Of a stretch of 44,697 nucleotides of DNA, positions 14,970 to 27,500 are shown in pieces. The DNA comes from Octopus bimaculoides (lineage: Eukaryota): NCBI RefSeq assembly GCF_001194135.2, contig NC_068989.1, positions 35,541,389 to 35,586,085 of the forward strand, in the 5' to 3' direction. The notes below the pieces were generated by a model, which saw only the letters and a program-made list of their open reading frames with translations, searched no databases and was not told the origin of the DNA. A program made the translations under genes and the position numbers. The stretch's first letter is position 1, and the number at the start of each line of letters is the position of its first letter.

Positions 14970-15229
14970 TGCTTGAGTGTGTGTATGTATGTATGTATGT
15001 GTACAGCAGGTTTCCACACAGTTTCCATCTACCAAATTCCCTCGCAAGGTATGCATTGTTTGATCTAGGGCTATAGTAGGAGATCCTCACCCAAGATGTC
15101 ATGCAGTGGAATGAATCCAAAATCACATAGTTGCAATGTGCACCTTAAGTGCAGGAATGAAATTTGCTTTGGTGGTACAACTCCAGGTTCATATTTTCAA
15201 AACAAACATGGGTGTAATAATACTTTATT

Positions 15230-15265
<36 letters not shown>

Positions 15266-15469
15266 TAAGGTGGTGAGCTGGCAGTATTGTTAGCATGCCA
15301 GACAAAATGCTTAGTGACATTTCATCCATCTTTACATTCTGAGTTCAAATTTCATCAAGGTCAACTAGTGAAACACTGGGGTCTATGTAATTGACTAGTC
15401 CCCTCCCCCAAAATTCAGGCCTTGTACCTTTAGTAGAAAGGATTATTATTGTTATTGTTGTTGTTGTTG

Positions 15470-15514
<45 letters not shown>

Positions 15515-17730
15515 TTATACATCTAAGGCAGTGAGCTGGCAGAATTGCTAGCATGCAGGGCAAAATACTTAGCAACATTTAGTCCATTTTTATGTTCAAA
15601 TGCCACCAGAGTCGACTTTGCTTTTCAGCTTTTTGAGGTCAATAAAAGAAATACCAGTTTAACACTGGGATTGATGTACTTGATTTACGCTTTCCCCAAA
15701 ATTGCTGGCCTTGTGTCAAAATCTGAAACCAATATTTTAAGGCAGCAAGCTGGCAGAATTGTTAGCAGTCTGGTGAAAATGCTTAGCGGCATTTTGTCTG
15801 TTTGCATGTTCTGAGTTCAAATTCCACCAAGATTGACTTTGCCTTTCATCCCTTTGGAGTTGATAAAATAAGTACCAGTTGAGCACTGGGGTTGATGTAA
15901 TCAACTTAGCCCTTCCCTGAAATTGCTAGCCTTGTGCCAAAATTTGAAACCATTATTATATTCACACATCAATCAAATCAGTTAAATCCAATAGTGGAAA
16001 AGTAATGTGTCAAAATCAGTCCAAAAGTTCTACACTCATCTGTTTTGGTGAAGTTTTTTAGGAAGATGTTCAAAGCCTTTTCCTTGTGCCTCCCTCCCAA
16101 ATTTTAGGGATAGCGACCACTCCTTGCACCCACTCTTGGTGAGCCAATGAAGTGAGCTTCTTAAACACACAGCCATGCCTGTACATATGTCAGGGGAAAA
16201 AAAAAACAGTTAATGAAGTTTGTCAAATTAGCTAAGATCATAAACTGAGATGTGAGTCCTATAACTGTTGAACCAAAATCCACAATCAGAATTCTTTGCT
16301 TTGTTCAGTTTTTACATTCTGGATTTTCCTATTTTTCAAATTTTTATTTTCATTTATTTATCTATTTATTTATTCTTTTTTTTTTTACAACTTTTTAGCT
16401 TTATTCAGCAAGGCTCATCATTTGTACAAGCACTTTCACTGTGTTCTATACAGTTTTGCGGCTTTGTTAAAAATGCTGAACTTCCACCTCTAGCTGATGA
16501 CCTAGAAGCCCCACGTCCTAATGTATTGCACATTGATGATAAGGGCAGAAAACATCAGGATTGTTTGAGTTTGTGTGCAGGTTAGAGTCTTTTACTGCTT
16601 ATATTTTTCTCAATTTTCTTTTTAATTTCACTTTTTTTTTTCTGTTTTGCTTATTTCATTGAGAAAAATTTGTTTCTTGTATTTTGTAGGGCTTCCTCAC
16701 TTTGCAAGTGGATTTGCCAGAAACTGGGGAAGAGATACATTTATTGCTATCAGAGGAAATCTTCTGCTCACAGGGAGATTCAAAGATGCTCGGTAAATAT
16801 ATTTACTGTTCTGAAATGTTTCAATTAATTAATTAGTTAATCATACGTGTATGTTTATCTAATTATATATATTATATTTGTAGATACATGATCTTGGCCT
16901 ATGGTGGCTGTTTGCGGCATGGTCTTATTCCTAACCTTCTGTTAGAAGGAGAAGGTGCACGGTACAACTGCCGTGACGCCTACTGGTGGTGGCTACAGTG
17001 TATTCAAGACTATTGCAAACTTGCTCCCAATGGCACTAGTCTGTTGAAAGATAAAGTGGCTCGTCTCTACCCTGCTGATGATTCTGAAGCCAAGATTAAA
17101 AAACCAGAGGTATTTTCTCAGATTTGAACTAATTTCAAATATTCTTCTGCTTAAATTCTAAATTACCATCTGTTGGCAAAATCTCTGAAGAGTACTAGTT
17201 GACTTAATCCTAGTTTTAATGAACATCCCATCTACACCTCAGTTAACTTGATCCTAGATTTAACAATCCTTCCTAAAACAACAGTTGATTTGATACTGGT
17301 GTAAATAGCCCCATCTATCCAAGACATTAGTTAATTTGATTCTGGTTTAAACATTCCATCCTTGAAACCAGTTGAACAGCCCTCCTAGACATGCAAATAA
17401 CAAACTAAATATATTCCCAGTATGAATTTCATTTGATATTTTTTTATATAAGCCAATCAAGGGGAAAAAGCAATGTCCATGACTTTGAAGCCCCCCAACT
17501 AGACTGTTGAAATTGAAGATCTTACACTTTCAAGACCCACCTAAACTACTGTTATTGAAGAGCTTCATAAACTTTGAAGGCCCTCCTACATTATTGTAAT
17601 TAACGCAGATCACATTCAGCCTGAGTATTTCTTGGCCAATATCTGTGGAAAATAACTTGGGTGGGAAAGGAATCTTGGATTTTAATTCAAATGCTAACAA
17701 TAAAATGGGTTCAGCTAAAGGTGCCCATAC

Positions 17731-17786
<56 letters not shown>

Positions 17787-18465
17787 TTCTCTCTCCACAC
17801 ACACACACATTTTCCCATGCTTGTATGGATCAGATAGAATATGTTGAGGAAGATACCACCCCTGTCAACAACCTTCACTTGTTGCCAAGTAAGGTAATGT
17901 TTCCTCTTGGCTGGACATGATTTTCATGGTAGACTGGAAATGGACAACACCACTTGTATGATGGTGGTGCTTGTTTACGACCATTATATGATGTCAAGAC
18001 ACAGATACACACAGACATAGGCACACATACATATACATATTTATACACATATGCACTCACACACATACACATAATATATATATATACACATACACATACA
18101 AGACACTTTGTCTAAAAACCTGTATAACTGAAACACAATCATGGATTTACAATATACAAGACTATGCAGAGTTCTTTACTAATCTAAACAATATTGTTAG
18201 CTTGGTGTACTTACAGAGAGCTTATAAAGTATTTTGCCCAGATTAATGACTTCTCACTAATAACTATAGACACACACATGCGCAAAAATAAACAAACAAA
18301 AGCAAAAACAGAACGCAGCGTAAATAACGGACAGAGTCAAGACTATTGAAAAGGTTGCAAGATGCAACGAAAATTTTAGAAAAATAAGAAATAAGTGGAA
18401 ATTTTAACGGTGAGTGTGTTAAATTTTAAGGCACGATAAGAAAATGACTCTCCCCAGACACAACA

Positions 18466-18504
<39 letters not shown>

Positions 18505-21500
18505 GAGGGATAACTTATCTTGACATTACATAATAATTGTAAATGAATGTAACTGTCATACAAGCAGTGTCATTCCTTTCCAATATTCTGTGAAAAAGGT
18601 GGAAAGCTGGCAGAATCATTAGCAGGTCAGGTCAAATTCTTAGCTGTATTTCATCCATCTTTATGTTCTGAGATCAAATTCCAATAAGGTCAAGTTTGCC
18701 TTTCATCCTTTCGGGGTTGATAACTTAAGTACCAGCTGAGCATTGGGGTTGATGTAATTGACTTACTCCTCCCCTGAAATTGCTGGCCTTGTGTTAACAC
18801 TTGAAACCAATATTCTGTGAAAACCTGCCTGGCAATGAGGAAATATTACTTTGCTTGGAAACAGGTGAGGGTAGGTGACGGAAAAGGCATCTAGACACAG
18901 AAAATGCCCCAGTATAGACTGTTTGACCCATACAAGCTTTGAAAAGTGAATGTTAAAGTAATGATGATAAATTAGCAGTCGAGAAATTTGAAAGTATATA
19001 CATAAATTACTTTCATATTTCTCAGCTGCTAATGTTATATGGTTAATGATTCAATATAATGAATTGTCAAATATGCATATTAATAACTAACATTTATTAT
19101 TCTCAAATGTTTCCTTTTAGATTCAACTTTTGAGTAAAGTTATCCAAGAAGGTCTTAGTGTTCATGCTCACGGTCTGAAATTCCGAGAACGAAATGCTGG
19201 TCATAAGATTGACATGCACATGTCAGATGAAGGTAAGGTACCATAAGCATACAAAAAAGGTCAAGATTATTCATCTGTATTAATCCTTTAGAATTTAATC
19301 CGGCCATACCCAGCCACAATATTCTACCTATTTCATGTTCAAACTGACCAGGTCCGGCCTTTTCAACTTTCCGTACAATGTCATTCTAAGAATAAACTGT
19401 CACATCGTTGAAATCTGAAAACTGCAAGACAATGCATGATTAATTCAAAACAAAATGTGAATAAGTAAGGATTACATTTCACAGAATAATCTGAATACTC
19501 AAGGGTTAAAGAGAGAATGTGGGATTGTGTGTATGTTTGTGTGTGTAAAAGATTATTATATTTTATATTTGTTGTTGTTGCTTACCTGTTATCCAGCCCT
19601 AATAAAATAAACCTTTAATTAAAGACTTTCTAGCCATGACCACCCTATCTTATTTCCATATACAGTGGTACCTTTGTTCCATGACAGAGCTCGTAACTCA
19701 AATTACTCATATTTCAAATCAAATTTCCCCATTAAAATGAATTGAAGTGCCATTAATCCATTCTGAGCTCCCCAAAAGACACTGCAATTTTTTTTTGTTA
19801 TATGTTTTTAAATAAGAAAAATGTGTTTTTATGTATTGTAATTGTGTAATATGTTTTCCAAGAGTGTAAGGTAGTATATGACACTAACATAGAGAATTTT
19901 GTATTGGCTGGAAATATTTATAGATCAGTTCTGATTGAGCAAACCTATGATGAAAGTCTTCCAGCTATCACCATCTGTCTTTTTTGTAAATCAAAGATTT
20001 CATTCTGTAACGTTGCCATCCTTTATGAAATGACAGGATGTGATCTGATTGATCTTTGAGCTGCTATTTCTAGCCAGTCAATCAACTATATAAAGATTCC
20101 CCTAGTTGCTGTTTACCCTCAGACAAGTCCTGATTGAGCAGACATATAATAAAGATGTCTCTTAGTATATTATAGATTACATTATCCAGTGTATACTTCC
20201 TCTTTTAAAGATGCTATAGCACATGATTTGATACAGATTTGGCTACTATTTCTAGCAGTTTGAGCAACTGTGCATAGGCTCCCTAGATGGTTCGTAACTG
20301 TTTTAGTTACCTCCAGATTATTTCTGATCGAGTATATTTATGTTGAAAGTCATTCCATCTGTGTCCATCCTGCCTGTTCCCAAGTTCACAGCACATTGCA
20401 ATTGAGAACCAAATCCAATGTGTCCTTCGTTTCCAGATGTTAGGATGTAATTTGAAAATCATGTGGCTGCTGTCTGTAGCACCTACTCGCTTGCCAGCTT
20501 AAAATTAATAACAATATATTAATGTTAAAATGTGAAATATAGAAAAGAGAAAGTTTAAGGTAAAACTTAGAAAATTGAAAGTGTTGGTTTGTTTGTGTGT
20601 GTTTTGTTAGTAAAATAGTTGATGAATGAAAGGGTTTGTAGTATGGAAATGACATCATATCCACTGTTTTAATGTGATTGTTGATTCAGGATTTTCATTG
20701 CTTCTTTTACAAAACATGTACAAACATATAAATTATTTTAATATAGAGATAGATTGAAGGGAAGATTGTATGATGCATGTGTACGAAGTGCAATGCTGCA
20801 TGATAGTAAGACATAAGTCCTGAATGTGGAGGACATGTGAAGGCTGGAGAGGAATGAAGCTGGTATGCTTTGCTGGATGTGCCATGTCAGTGTGCATGTG
20901 AGACAGAGCATTGGTGTATTGAGGGAGAAGGTAGGCATAAGAGGAATTATCTGCAGTGTACAAGAGATGAGACTGTGCTGGTTTGGTCATGTGAAGCAGA
21001 TGGATGATGACAGTTGCATAAAGAAGTGTTGTCTACTTTAAGTGGAGGTAAGTTGTGGAAGAGAGAGAGACCCAAGAAGACATGGAATGAAGTATTAAAG
21101 GCTGATCTCAAAGTGCTGAACCTTACCAAGGAGATAACAGAGGACCAAGATATGTAACACATTGCTGTACTCAAGAAGACCTGTCAGCTTAAACTAGAAG
21201 TTGAAGAATGTGAGAGAGGTTCTAAAAATGTTCATCCTTTCCTTAGCAAATTAGATCCATATGACAAGTGCTTAATTTGCTTCCCATAAAGTAAAGGACA
21301 CAATCTGTTTCAGAGGCAAGTCTCCCAAAACAATCGCTACCTATTCTTCATAAAAAGGCGACCTAAGTCATATAAAGTACCATATTTGCCGGTGTATTAA
21401 CCACACTTTTTCTGACAGGAAAATCCAGGAAAGGTGGGTGCAGTTTATACACGGTTACAAAGAAAAGTTGGTCTAAAACCCAAACATTATTTCACGTAAT

Positions 21501-24500
21501 TATCCAAGATTCACATGGTACTAGCTCCCCTTACAATTCTTGCTGTTAAAACTAGTAAAAAAAAAATGTTTAGATATTCTTATTTCAGTGTCATCGTCCA
21601 TTTTGTCCATCATACACTCTTATTATGCATTTCAAGCCAACATGCACCGGTGTCGTCTCAATCGCAGCCTCCACTTCGATGGTGCTATAGCCCTGTAGAA
21701 GAAGGATGTGTGCCGGTTGAAAAGTAGCAAGAATTTATGAAAAGACTTACCTTTTGTCTGACAAATGCACTATGATTGACAGTTGATTGCAATTTCCACT
21801 CACTCTCTGATTTACTGCGAATTACCTACAAGTTCGGTAATCCCCAGGTCTACAACATAAACAACTATTGTTCGGTGACCCGGATGTATGATTTATCTTG
21901 CCATATGGGGAAACGAGAGAGAGAGAGAGAGCTGTGATTTATTCTTGAATGTGATTGATGAAATATATTTTCTAGATAACAAGTAAATTAAAATGGAATA
22001 TGAAAAATTATTTCATATAAGGCGAGATAAGAGCATTTATTTAGAATTATATTGAACTGGGAAAGGTAAGTTTCATCATCATCACCAATGCTACAAAGAA
22101 ATACAAATCAAGTCAACTGGAATTTCATTACCGTACCTTAAAGTACTGGTAAGTGCACTGGCTTGTTTGTTTTTGTAATATATCTATGTAAATACATAAA
22201 GAAAATGGTAATGATCAAAGGAAGCTTTCAAGCCATATCCTATTGTTTGGACCATAATTAGCTTTACTGACTCATCTACTCTGCTCTTCAAGTTCCACGC
22301 GACTCATCTACTTCGCTCTTCAAGTTCAACGGTGGTCAAGTCATCCGGGTGAGACAAGCATTCACAGCTGCCTTCAAGCTCTCAGTTTCCAGGTTTACTG
22401 AGGAGTTTGGAAACTGTGCAGCAGGCCATCACTTCAGGGTTGATGAATCTGTTGTCTGACAATGGCGCTCCAATGAGGCCTCAATCGAGTTGATGCCCAA
22501 GAAGAAGAAGGCGATGAGGGGCAAGATGGCGCAGTGCCGGAATTGGAGGAGAGGCTTCTTGGATGGGTGAAAGAGAAGAGGATGGTGGGACTCACAGTGT
22601 TGACATTCACTCTTCGAATTAAGGCCAAGAAGATTGCCAAAGACATTGGTGTCACAGATTTCTGTTCCAGTACACCATGGGCTTTCCAGTTTATGTGCAG
22701 GCATGATCAGTCCATCAGGCATTGCACCCACATTGCACAGTGGCTGCCAGAAGATCTTGAGAAGACTGAGAGGTTCCAGCAGTTTATCATCAACCTGCGT
22801 AAATGGCATCAGAACCCTCTGAGCCACATTGGCAACGCAGATCAGACTCCCCTCATGTTTGATCTTCTGATGGCGAGAACTGTTGCTGAGAAGAGGGAAA
22901 AGACAATGGAAATCATCATGACAGGTCATAAGAAGGACCGTTTTGCGGGGATGCTGGTTTGTACAGCTGACTGAGGAAAGCTGCCACTGTACATTGTCTT
23001 CAAGAGGAAGACACTACCCAAAGACACCAAGTTTCCGGAAGGGGTCATCGTTTGAGCCCAAGCGAAAGGTTGGATGGACCAGGCACTCATTGAGGACTGA
23101 CTTTGGGTAGTGTGGGGGAAGCACATCAGTGGACTGCATCAGAGAAGGAGTTTCCTAGTTCTGGATGCATTCAGATGCCACAAGAAGAAACCAAGGTGAA
23201 AACATGTCGTCTGAACATCGACATGGCAATGATCCCCTTGGGAATGACATCCCTTCTTCAACCCTTTGATGTTGCAATCAGCAAACCATTTAAAGGCCAC
23301 CTCAAGCACAGCTGGGAGGATTGGATGACCAATGCACTGAAGGAGATGGTAAAGACCAGGCACATGAAGAAAGTTGACTTGGGGACAATCTGCAAGTGGA
23401 TCCTGAAGGTCTGGGAGGAGATTCCAGAAGACATCATCAAGCAGGCTTTCCTGAAGTGCTACATATCCAACATGTTCGACAACACAGAAGATGACATCTT
23501 GTGGGAAGACGATGCCATCTCTCCCGACTCTTCTGACTCTAGCGATGATGAGGATGAACTGGCATATGTAGATGATCAACTCTACGAGGTCTTTAATGGG
23601 TCATCTGATGACGAAGAGTTCTTAAGCTTTGAGTGAAGTCTCTACCCATTAGGGTCAGTCCTTTTTAGGACCACACATTTTCAAGAAAGAATATAAAGAT
23701 CACAATATGAATAAATCATATAAATACAAATAATAAAAAGACATTCTCTTATTATCTCTTGCATTTAAAACCCAGACTTTATCTTCTTCCATTAATAATT
23801 ATGAATATCAATGATTGCAGTCAGAAATGTTTGTTAAGTATGAAATTATCATGAAACTGAAGTCTGTATTCGTCCCTTTTCATTAGCCCCAGTTATTTCC
23901 TGGTTTCCCCCACGTTTTTCCCCCATTGGAGACTAAAAATTGAGGATGCAGTTTATACATGGGTGTGGCTTATACACTGGAAAATACAGTAAATGTTCTA
24001 GACAGAGATATTATGAAATAATGAAATATTTGTGTTGGATTTCAACTCAGTTACTCTGTCTGTTAATCTTTCCATATAGATATATGTATTTAAAAGAAGA
24101 AAAGTAAATCACTTTACAGGGCACAATGTTTCATATGATTGAGACTTAAATTTTAAGTTCTTGAATATAAGAGACAAACTCCACAACAATCACTGCAAGA
24201 CTTTATACTACTAATAATAATGGTTTCAAGTTTTGGTGCAAGGCCAGCAATTCTGTTAGCCAATACTATCAAATCCAGTACTTGACTGGTACTTTATTTT
24301 ATTGACCCCAGAGGGATGAAAGGCAAAATCAACCTTGGCAGTATTTGAACTCCGAGAATGCTCAGAACAAAAAGAGTCAAAAGAAATACCACAAAGCATT
24401 TTTCAGACTTTTTAACCATTCTTCCAATTTGAGCACAAGGTCAGCAGTCTTAGGGGATGGGAGCAAGTTGATGATATCAACTCTAGTGCTCAACTTGTAG

Positions 24501-27500
24501 TTATTCCATCAACCCCAAAAGGATGAAAGGCAAAGTCAACCTCGGAATTTGAACCACTGGTGGTGGTGGTTGTGGTGGCAGCGGCAGCAGTGGTGGTGGT
24601 GGGAAGGGAGTGGCAGTAATAGTGGTGGTGGTGACTGCAGTGGTGGTGTTGGTACTGGTGCTGGTAGTAGTAGTAGTAGTAGTAGTAGTAGTTGTGATGA
24701 TATCCAGGAAAATATGTAAAGTTTTTGATAATGTCATAATTTACATAAAATGTCTTATATTTTCTACTATTTTAAAGGTTTCAACAACAGTATTGGAATT
24801 GACTGGAAGACTGGTTTCGTTTTCGGAGGTAACATACACAACTGTGGTACATGGATGGATATGATGGGAAGTTCTGAGAAAGCTGGAACACGTGGCCAAC
24901 CAGCAACACCAAGGTGCATACATGCTACTTTTAAATTTTGGAGGGTTTATACTTACATACATATGTACATACATGATGGCCATCCACTCGTGACCGAGGA
25001 AGACCATTGCCGACCTTCAGGAACATTGTGTGCTCTAGGACTAGCTTATATTTTGCATTTGCGGCTCCGTTGGTGGCTAATGAGCCCTGCTCTTGACAAG
25101 CATACACGACTGCAAACATTGCAGACCAAGCTTTTCCCATTCACTATACGAGCCATGTGCTTTCGCGCAGCTCGCTTAAGTTCTTCATGCTGGATACGTG
25201 CTCTCTCAAAAGTGTCGATCCCCTCCTTAACCTGCTTCCTCCATCTGTCGCGATGACAGGCATTGTTCTCCCAGTCAGTGTCCTGCATATCACAGGCCTT
25301 TAATGAAGACTTGACACAGTCCTTAAATCGCAGCCTTGGTTCCTGCTGGAGTCTCCTTCCATTCATCTCAGGCACATTCTCAATGTTGGCTGGACCTCAA
25401 AAATTCCAGACACACAGGTCCTGAGGACAGCTGATATCTTGAGTATTGAGGCGATGGTGCACAAGCACCAGTTACGTTGGACTGGACACCTTATTAGAAT
25501 GAAGGATAGCAGGGTTCCTAAGCAGATGCTATATGGAGTACTTGTGAATGGAAGGAGATTCCAGCAGAAATGTACATACATACATACTTACGTACATACA
25601 TATATACATACATATTTACATACATATTTGTTTAGTGTTATTTTGAAATGGTATTTTTGTTTATCTCTATTGAAGAATTTTCCTATATACACTCTGTGGT
25701 AATTAATATTAATTCATTTTTAGGGATGGTTCTGCTGTGGAGCTGGTAGCCCTCTGTTATTCAGCTATAACATGGTTAAATAAAATGAATAATGATGGAC
25801 ATTATCGCTACTCCAGTGTTAAAAGACGAGATGGTAAGTTTCTTTTGTAAAATATAATTTTTTAAAAGAAAATCATGAATGCTACAACTTGTGGTTTCTC
25901 TTCAACTGTTACAGTTTTATAGTTGCATACCTAACTAGGAAGCTACTTACACCAAGGTAACTGTTAGTAGTCATTGCAAGTATTTTAGTGAGGGGAAAAT
26001 GCCTTTATATACTGTTATTGCAGTAAGACACCTGTCCCTATCTCTCTCAACACTTGGCACGAAGCAACCTTCCTTGATACTGCATCCCAAATCTGTGAAG
26101 GAGTCTTGTCTTGTGAGTTACTTGATCACTTCATTAGTGTGGGGACCACAAGAATAATACATCATACACTCTGTAAAGTTGTTGGCATTAGGAAGGGTAT
26201 CCAAAGCAGACATTGGAGCCCAACACAGCCCTTTAGTTTGTTGGATTTTGTTGAACCACCTAACCCATTCTAGCATGGAATACGGACATGAAATGATGAT
26301 GTTAATTCAACAATGCTTTAGGTTTAAAATTTCCCCCTCAGTTTCACACAGAAAAAATAAATTTGTTTGATTTGAGATTAACTTCCATGATTTTGTCATC
26401 ATTATTTTCTATAATCTTTGAATAGAATACCCTATCAGTTTTACATTATATTGATAAGAACAGGTGTCTTGCAGTTTTCAGACTTATTTTAGCCCTTGTT
26501 TTAAACGTTCTGAGTAATATAAAGTTTTCCTTTTGTGAGACCTCAGTTACTCTGGTGATTGAAAAAAATTGGGAATTGTTTTATATATGTTGCATTGACA
26601 TTAGGAAGATATGTCCTGTGTGTTACATATGAAACACGGGACAGGTAAAGGTTTAACCTCTTGTATAACAGCATTTATTTTATTTAAACCTAATAGAATA
26701 CTTTGAATTCAAAATCATGTTTGTACTGGATATAATAAAACACTTGTACCAGTTGTTTACTACCTAAATTCTATGTGAATGTGTGCGTGAGATTGTGCTA
26801 TTTTATTTCTTATATTATCCTCTTAAATAACTTTTGTGATATCATTATGTTGTATTTGTATTATCAGGCAAAGACATTACATTCTCCAGCTGGGCTGATC
26901 TGATTAGAAACAACTTTGAAAAGTTCTTCTGGGTTCACAGAAACCCAACACCAGATATTGAAAACTTCAAATATATTAACCGCAAGGGCATTTACAAAGA
27001 TTCAGTGGGTGCTTCTCAGCCTTGGTGTGATTTTCAATTACGCCCCAACTTCCCTATTGCTATGGTTGTGGTAAGCAGATGTTTAATTATTTTAATATGT
27101 TTTCTCATCTGTTCCTCTACTATTAAATACCTGATGAACAATTGTACACATTTTTTCCCCGAAGACTGCTACAGACTGAGTTAAGATGTCAGACTTCTAA
27201 ACAAAGGGTTGTTGGTTCTTATTCCATCATTGGCAGTGTGTTGTATCCCAGCAGTGACACTAAATTCTCTATGATTCATTCTATTCATTTATAGTGCTGA
27301 GTTCACACCTTTCCAAACACTTGTAACAGAAATGTATTCTTATTCATGAAAGACAATGTCTCTCAGCTATTTCATAATACCATGCAAGCCAGAATATAAT
27401 TCATCACAATCCATATATTCTACAAAATATCAATCAGGGGCTGATATCATACACAAAAATCTGTAGTAAATGTTTCAGCCCAATTAGCTTTAATTGACAG

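Noticed and set aside
14683-15126. Six ORFs of YIYI/CVCV type
   Set aside because: Translations of (TA)n/(TG)n and N-runs. The same applies to the ORFs at 42723-43490 and 43909-44462.
17110-17120. U12-type intron after exon 8
   Set aside because: The donor GTATTTTC does not match GTATCCTT; no AT-AC introns were seen.
17197-17380. CRISPR-like array
   Set aside because: Eukaryotic intron, degenerate units and no constant repeat with unique spacers.
22429-23579. Long minus-strand ORFs over the pogo element
   Set aside because: Antisense shadows of the decayed transposase frame.
24750-25256. 168-aa ORF as one protein
   Set aside because: Only 24778-24913 is an AGL exon; the rest is read-through into the intron and the antisense RTE piece.
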